64,000 bases of DNA from Psammoneis japonica (Eukaryota): assembly GCA_008632985.1 (NCBI GenBank), contig QPGO01000058.1, positions 310,001-374,000 of the forward strand, in the 5' to 3' direction. Shown piece after piece: positions 57,474-64,000 of the stretch. The translations under genes and the position numbers were made by a program. Position 1 is the first letter of the stretch. Each line of letters starts with the position of its first letter. A model generated the notes under the pieces. That model was not told where the DNA came from. It searched no databases and worked only from the letters and a program-made list of their open reading frames with translations.

Positions 57474-59217
57474 CTATTCTTGTTCTTTTTGCATTTTGTC
57501 CCACTCTTCCACAAGTCTCCTCAATTGATGCATGAGAATCCATTCGTATGTTTCCTCGACACTCGCCACCACCATCTTCTCGATATCGTCGTTGAGAACA
57601 TCCTGCAACTGGCCAAGATTAGCGTCGTACAATGGATTGGACGATTCCTGTAGAGCCGTAACGGATCCGTGCTGTTCACCCCACGACGACGCTAGGGACG
57701 GCACGAGGGACCAAACGGGCGGCACAGCGGGATACTGTGCCGTGTCAATTGTGACTGTGGCTCGCAGTGTCGCGGCCTTGCGACGAATCATGGCGAGAAA
57801 CGACCTGCAATGTGGCCTTGTTTCGTTGCTTTCTACAGTCCAACCTACTAATTTGGACGAACAATCATTGCCAGTATCAGTAGCCGTCATGGACGGATGC
57901 ATGGGGATCGGATTTGGCTTTCGTTTTTCCAAGATATTAACAAATACTGTAGAGTCGTGTTCGCTCGAAGTCGAACAAGCAGCGCATTCATGACTGCTTT
58001 GGTATTGTGCTGCAAGGGTTCGTCTTGTTGCTTTGGCGACGGGAATTGCAGACCCGAAATATAGTTGCACCAATGATAAGGGCGCCCCAACAAATTGCTT
58101 TCCAAATCCTCCAATGTGAATTGTTCTTGTTGCATCAGGTTGGATCCGTTCAAGGACACGCTGCCATTGTCACCGGGAAACAGATTGACCAACAGAGATG
58201 AAAGATCCACCACCTTGTCATCACAACCGTATGCCCGAGCTGTGACAATCTGGAGCTTGGGAATGTAATCAAAGTGAATAGTCACGCGGCGTTTCGAGGT
58301 GGATTTGCGTCTTTCACATCCGGAATGGGTAGGCGCAGCAAGAGACAATTCGGATGGGGTTGAAACCATTCTTGTTGTTTGTTTGATAGCTTGCCATCCG
58401 AGTCTTTCGACGATGAAATCTCCAACTCCAACTCCTTGTCGGTGTACGCATCCACATAGGACTGAAGCTGGACAAAGAGTGTGTAGAGCGGAGCTGACAA
58501 GTCCGTCAGCGCCTTATTAAAGAGTTCTTGCCGTTTGGTTCCCAATAAATGACTAGTCGTCGAAGGTGATTTGGCAAAGAACTTTTGGAGTGGCAAACTT
58601 GCCGTCTCCACGCCCTTCAAGGTTTTTGGCAAATCCTGCAGGAACCGACGCGTCTGCTCAACTTGTTTCTTCTTTTCCTCGAGAGCACGCTTTTCCGTCG
58701 TGACTTGCCGCTCCAACGTACCACGCATATTCAGTTCCTTATGGAGTTTAGCCATGACGATCTTTTGCTGACTGGCGTCCATATGTGATGTTTCTGCAGA
58801 ACCACACAAAAACTTATTTACGATGGCCTCTGCAGACACCTCCTCAGAAGCAGGCAAAAGCTCATCACGGCTCATTTTTTCCAATTGCGGTGTGGCAAAT
58901 TCCTGGAGGGATCGACACTGCTTTTGTAAGTAGGACTGTTCATATAGGAGATTCTGGAGCTGCAATCTCTGCGATTCTAGCTTTTGGCGCTTGGCCTGAA
59001 CGGCCTCTTGCTTTTGCTGCATGTTGCTCAAAAGCTTTTGCTGCAGCAGCCTCATGGTAAGCAACGTTGTGGATGCCTTGTTGGAGTTTTTCACGTCATT
59101 AACGTCCTTTAGAAACTGAGTCACGGCCTCTTCGTGCAGCATGGAGAGTTCATCTTTGGACGACGACGACGACGACGCATCTAGCCGTGCCTTTTTCTTG
59201 ACGGGTTCATCCGTCAT
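57474..59217 (-). CDS. THOC5: THO complex subunit 5-like protein
   Basis: LQLQNLLYEQSYLQKQ, KLHKELNMR, FLQDLPKTL...ASLPLQKFF, LSAPLYTLFVQL, GRPYHW. Split by frameshifts over ORFs 58282.., 57887.. and 57474... Confidence 0.8.
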
Positions 59218-59489
59218 GGTCGGGGTGCTGTCGCGGTGTGCCGTGTTCGCGCCTTGGGCCTGGGGGGCCTGGGTTTTGCTATCCTGCGCGCGCGCTGCCT
59301 TGCGGCGCTGTGCACGAGCCGGTCGACAGGCAGAACTCGTTGGCGGATGATTGACAGACAGGATCTTTCTGCACGACCGACATAACATGACATACGGTAA
59401 GAGACGGCTGGACTGCACTGCACTGCCACGGTCAAACAAGCACATCATGCATGTGGTAAATGTAAACGCCACACCTGCCATTACCTTCT

Positions 59490-60530
59490 ACACAAATGAT
59501 CCCATGCCCGAACGATGGAAAGACCACGGTCACCATGCGACCGCTTGCTGGACCAATCTTTTCTGGAGAAAAAGCAGAGTTGCCTGTGTTTCTCTCAACT
59601 TGTTGTGCCAGCATGAGTGCCTGTTGCTGCACAACTCGGTTGCTGGCAATGCAGGCTCTCAGGCTGCAGGTTGCATGGTGGGTTGTGAGGCTGCTGCACC
59701 TTTCAAATCACTCTCTTGCTGGGTTGTGCTCCACTCTCCACACTCGCTCTCTTTTTTCAATCTTGTCGGGTTGGCTTTGGCGGGGAGCAACAATGTCCTG
59801 CAAAATTGCTGCTCCTTTGAGCTCACCTCTTTCTTTCTTCTTCTGCTTTTCTTTCCTCCTTTTCACATGATGTCAACCTTGGGGGTGGTCATCCCACAGC
59901 TTGATTGGGGCTCAACCACACTTTCATCCCCACAAAGTCTGCAGCCTCTGTCACAAGGCCCGCCTTGGGGCTGTGGTGCTGCACACACAGAGGGTCTTGT
60001 TGGACAGCAAAAAAAAAGATGAGTTTCCTTGCCAAGAGGCACAAAGAGGAGGTTGATGAGTGGCCAAAGGGCAGTGCATGCCTGGATCAGCTCCAATGCA
60101 AGTGTGCAACCGCAGTCACTGCAATCACAGATTTGGGGGGCAAAAATCAATTGCCCTTGCGTGCTCCTGTTGCACCTCCACCCAGCAACAGGCCACCTCC
60201 CCACACTTTCAGTGCACCGGGCATGCGGCAAAAGTGATGAGGGTTGGCCTGTTGCTCCAGCACCACTCTGTGGTCTGTGGCACCCACCCAAAGCAACCAG
60301 TGTGCAGCAATGTGATCATGGATCAAACTCACCTGACTTGGTTGCCAACTGAAAATGGACCCAATGTGAATGAACCAGGGAGATGTGGAAGCACGAGGCA
60401 ACATGGAAGAGAAATTCCAACATGGCCAAGGTGCTCATGAGCTAATGTGCATGCCACAGATGGTGGTGGGCGACTCAAGATTGGCGAGATGCTTTTGCAG
60501 AGCGAGGCTGGTGTGGACGCGACTGACAAT
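59490..60530. mobile_element. Decayed repeat block 7
   Basis: Essentially no TpA between ~59490 and 60440. CpG is also low. Confidence 0.65.
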
Positions 60531-60826
60531 TTTGGGTTAACTCTCATGTCGAAGATGCGAGTGTATTCGCGCTGGTTGTGACGTGGGTGCGCCATGCAAA
60601 CAACACAGAATGCTTGCGGACTCTACCGTATTGAGTAGCGGGCGCATAGGAGACAGCACGACTGTTAAAAAAGAATACCACTGAACGGCAGTTGTTGGGG
60701 AGTTAGCCTTCTCTGCTGTTGAAGTTGCAGGAGGCATGAGCTGCAACGTGTTTCGTGGCCGACCATCTAAATCTCGATTCATATCCACCACCAAAGAAAT
60801 TATCAAAAAGCACCATTCTTTATCAT

Positions 60827-62547
60827 TTACATTCCTCCTGTTTTCTTTTGCGCACGTTCTTTTCTATGATGATTCGCGATCTTAGCCTTGTTGTTGTTCT
60901 TTCTCCGTTGTTGATTTTCGTATTCTTCTTCTCGGTCTCCCCATCTTGTACAGGCTTGTTATTACCTTGTTGCTGCCGCCCTTTCTTTCCACCCTTTTGG
61001 AATGGAACGTATTTTCCATCTGGACCAATGATGCGGCCACCCTTGCCTTTATCTGGGCCACGGAATTCTCCTTCACCGGTCTTTTTTTGCTTCCAACTTC
61101 ACGATTGAGGTTCTTGTTTTCCTCCTGTGGAAAGTGAAAGATACAGAGATGAGATATAGCTCACGAAGCAAAGAAAACCACGGCATGACTAGAGAAAGAT
61201 AACGAGGCACTCTGTATCCCGAGATGGCGCCAACGTACCCAGAATGCTCCCTCTTGTTCTGCTTCTCTTGCAACTCGATTGTATGTTTTGATTGTATCAA
61301 AGTCAAAGTCGTACATGCCTACATCCGCACCACCCGTTCCGCCGTCCATCTCATCGTATTGATCATCATAATCATCGTTGTACTCGTCTGTAATAATCGC
61401 AGACAGAGCATGAGCTTCTGATTCTTGCTCCTGTTCCATTTCTTTAAACCTCGTCTTTGTGATGTTTCTGGCTTCGTCGTCATCCAGTTGGTACTTTGAA
61501 GTTTCCGGTGTTTGTTTTCGTCGGGCTGGCAAGGTCTTGTCCATAACTTGAAGTGCGGGATGCAATGTGGTGGGATCGCTGGCTCCCTCAATGAGTGCAG
61601 CAACCGTTTGAGACACGTCTCCGTGATAACACGACAAGGCAGTTTCAATGTAACCTTCTCCAAGGTCGGGCAGAACTTCTCGAACACTCTGAATTCGCCT
61701 TTCGGTAGCTGACAGTGGTTTAGAATCGCTCTTTTTGATCAATCTTGTTTAATATTATCGTGGTTCTGGTTGGTGATGCAGATGGTTGGTACAAGTCACT
61801 CTTTCTGGGACACGTCTGTAACATCCTTGTGAGATAGTCACGTTGCGCGGTGGATTCAAAACGAGATTGAACTGACGCTTCAAGAGTTTGCAAGCCTTGT
61901 AGCTGCTGCCACTCTTGTAAATCTCCCAAACATGTACTCTTCTCATTAGTCGTCAATGTCTTTGTGGCGTCCATGACGCGTTCCAAGTGTGATTCCTCGT
62001 CGGTGCTCGTGTTCGTGTCATCACCAGTCTCTCGGGCATTCAACAATCCATGCAGAAGAAGAGCTGATAATACTCGAAGTATGTTTAAAGAAACACCGTC
62101 ATCTTCTGGTTGTTGCTTCTTGGTCTGGAGTTCATCATAATAAGCCGCCAGAGATGTGCATAATTCCATAGAGTACCCAGCTTGACATGCGAGGGATGAA
62201 TTTGAATACAACCCGCAGAGTGAATTAAGTGCGAAACCTGAATCAATGCTCTCGCGCCCATTTGATACAATAGATATAAAAGCCGTGTTCAAGTCACAAA
62301 ATACTACCCGTTTCAAATACTGAAACGGAAGCTGCTTCATCCACTCCTGATACTTTTCTGCTATCAGTGTGTTGTTGTTCTCAGCTAGCACGAGGCCCAG
62401 TTGGTAAAACTGCAGTGGCGTCGGCAAATGCATGCGCTTCTCCTCGTTGGTTTTGATCTTGGAACTCACTCCCATGGCTTGAAAGGAAGACACCAGTTCT
62501 GAAAGGGCTGCCCCCGCGTTTAATTCTGCAGTTTTGCCGTCCACCAT
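60827..62547 (-). CDS. CUE-domain protein, ASCC2-like
   Basis: VREVLPDLGEGYIETALSCYHGDVSQTVAALIE (CUE), DEYNDDYDDQYD, C-terminal ANHHRK..AQKK. Intron ~61237-61126. Frameshifts near 61735, 61085 and 60860. Confidence 0.75.
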
Positions 62548-62770
62548 CTTGCTCGCTTCTCAAACGTGATGGTGCTCTGAGTTTCATATGGTTGCAGGTT
62601 GCAAAGTAGGGCCCTCACCGTAAACACAATAAACCGAAAACGCGCGCGGAGCGCGGGAGCTCCTTCCCATACACACGATAGCACCCAACGGCAATGGCGG
62701 CGATGGCGGCGGGCCATCATCATCGCTAAAAATCACTTCCAACTCCAACTTGCAAGATCCCTCTCCAACC

Positions 62771-64000
62771 ATGGAATCTACTACAGCATCTCCGCTACCA
62801 AACGTTTTTCGTCCGATGGACTCGAATGAATTATCTGCTTCTTCTGAACCTACTGCTGCTCCTCAACCTGTTGTTGCTCTTCCTCCTCCTCCCGCAAATC
62901 CGCTCGACGCGAACAACAATGTTGCTCAAGCACCCACCAATACTATCGTAGACGGTCTTGTCAAGGGCTCCTATCTCCCTCCGCTCAGTCAAGAGTCGGA
63001 CATTCCGTTTCTAAAATACAAGCTCTTTCGTCGAGTCGTTTTTGTGAATGAGTGTCCCGAAGAGTTGTTGGATTTGAATTCCGATCAGTGGAAAATCACC
63101 TCGTTTCTCGCAAAAGCCTTCAAACTCAAGGGCAAACAAGTGCCGCGTCAATTTCCATTTTGCCTACTAGACAAGCCAAGACTTTGACAGACCGCATGAT
63201 TGTCGTCAATTGGTGGATCAACCACACGCGGGAGGAACAGAAAATTTTCTGGACGGCTCTTCACAAACTCTTTTCTCGTCCCACCCGATCCTCGTCGCCT
63301 CTTGGTATTCATTGGAAAAGCAGTCAGGCACAACGAGAGGCTGTACGAGAACAATCGCGACAAGAGAATTTGCGATTGTTGCAGGAAAAACGCGAGGAAC
63401 AAGCACGACAAGAACAAGCCAAGCGGGAACAAGAACAACGGGAACAAGAAGAATTGCGGAAAGAGAACCAAGCCAAACAAAACTGACAGACAGTATTATG
63501 GATATCCTCGATACGACGGGCCATGCGGGTGGACAAGAGTGGATTGAGGATTTGGAAATGCCACAATTGCTCATTCGCGATCAACTCGTGATTGGGGATT
63601 GGATTCGACCGACCTTCAAGACATGCCGTGTCATGTCGGAGAACGGTTCATTCGGAACAATTTGTTGGATGTCATTGCCTGCGCCGAGCAAAAGCATTCT
63701 TCTCCAAAGCACTCAAGGAACGACTGTGGCAGAGAAGCGAAAAGGCGTGTTTGGAATACGGATCGTATAAAAAACACAAATTCGATCAGACCGAGCTCCC
63801 TCCCGACGCTATTTACACGAAAGCCATGGTGGAACTCAAAGCCAAACTCGATCAAGAATTACAAGAGAGCGAAGAGGCGTTTCGAGCGGCTGAACGAGAC
63901 TATCTGCACAAGCAAGGTATGGCGAGAGCCATGAATTTGCTGACCAAAGACATGGATCCGTCTTTGTTTGTTTCCAAAAAGACGAGTCGAAAAAGCGGAA
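62771..64000 (+). CDS. Uncharacterised protein with coiled-coil segment, frameshifted and probably running off the window
   Basis: Consecutive overlapping ORFs 62750..63187, 63052..63486 and onward, with gene-like dinucleotide composition. Family not recognised. Confidence 0.45.

Noticed and set aside
27512..62547. Frameshifts in PXMP4, Ubc6, PLD, DSD1-like, THOC5, ASCC2-like and the actuator gene as pseudogenisation or programmed frameshifting
   Set aside because: They appear to be single-base shifts, often in homopolymers, in otherwise intact conserved genes. Long-read consensus error is more likely, and polishing with short reads would settle it.

Overview
Eukaryotic DNA, most likely from a pennate diatom: short GT-AG introns, a DUF6824 protein, CoDi-type Copia remnants and a formin carrying CCDC53-like repeats. 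About 20 protein-coding genes sit in compact islands. Several conserved genes carry 1-bp frameshifts that look like long-read consensus errors. Seven sharply bounded blocks of decayed transposon/repeat DNA separate the islands (about 1-3170, 21300-25177, 28375-32990, 34900-39800, 42550-45320, 54500-55640 and 59490-60530, roughly a third of the window). The main signal is that these blocks have lost CpG, as expected from 5mC deamination, and have also lost almost every TpA. Conserved Copia motifs show Tyr replaced by Cys or His (TAY->TGY or CAY). Copies of one MITE differ at TpA sites in the same direction. One 540-bp stretch has no TpA while keeping its CpGs. Duplicated host genes are spared. 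This suggests a transposon-targeted, double-stranded TpA->TpG/CpA hypermutation process, the reverse of fungal RIP (CpA->TpA), which I do not recognise as described. The mechanism is inference, and a base-calling artefact on modified DNA must be excluded. All counts are by eye.
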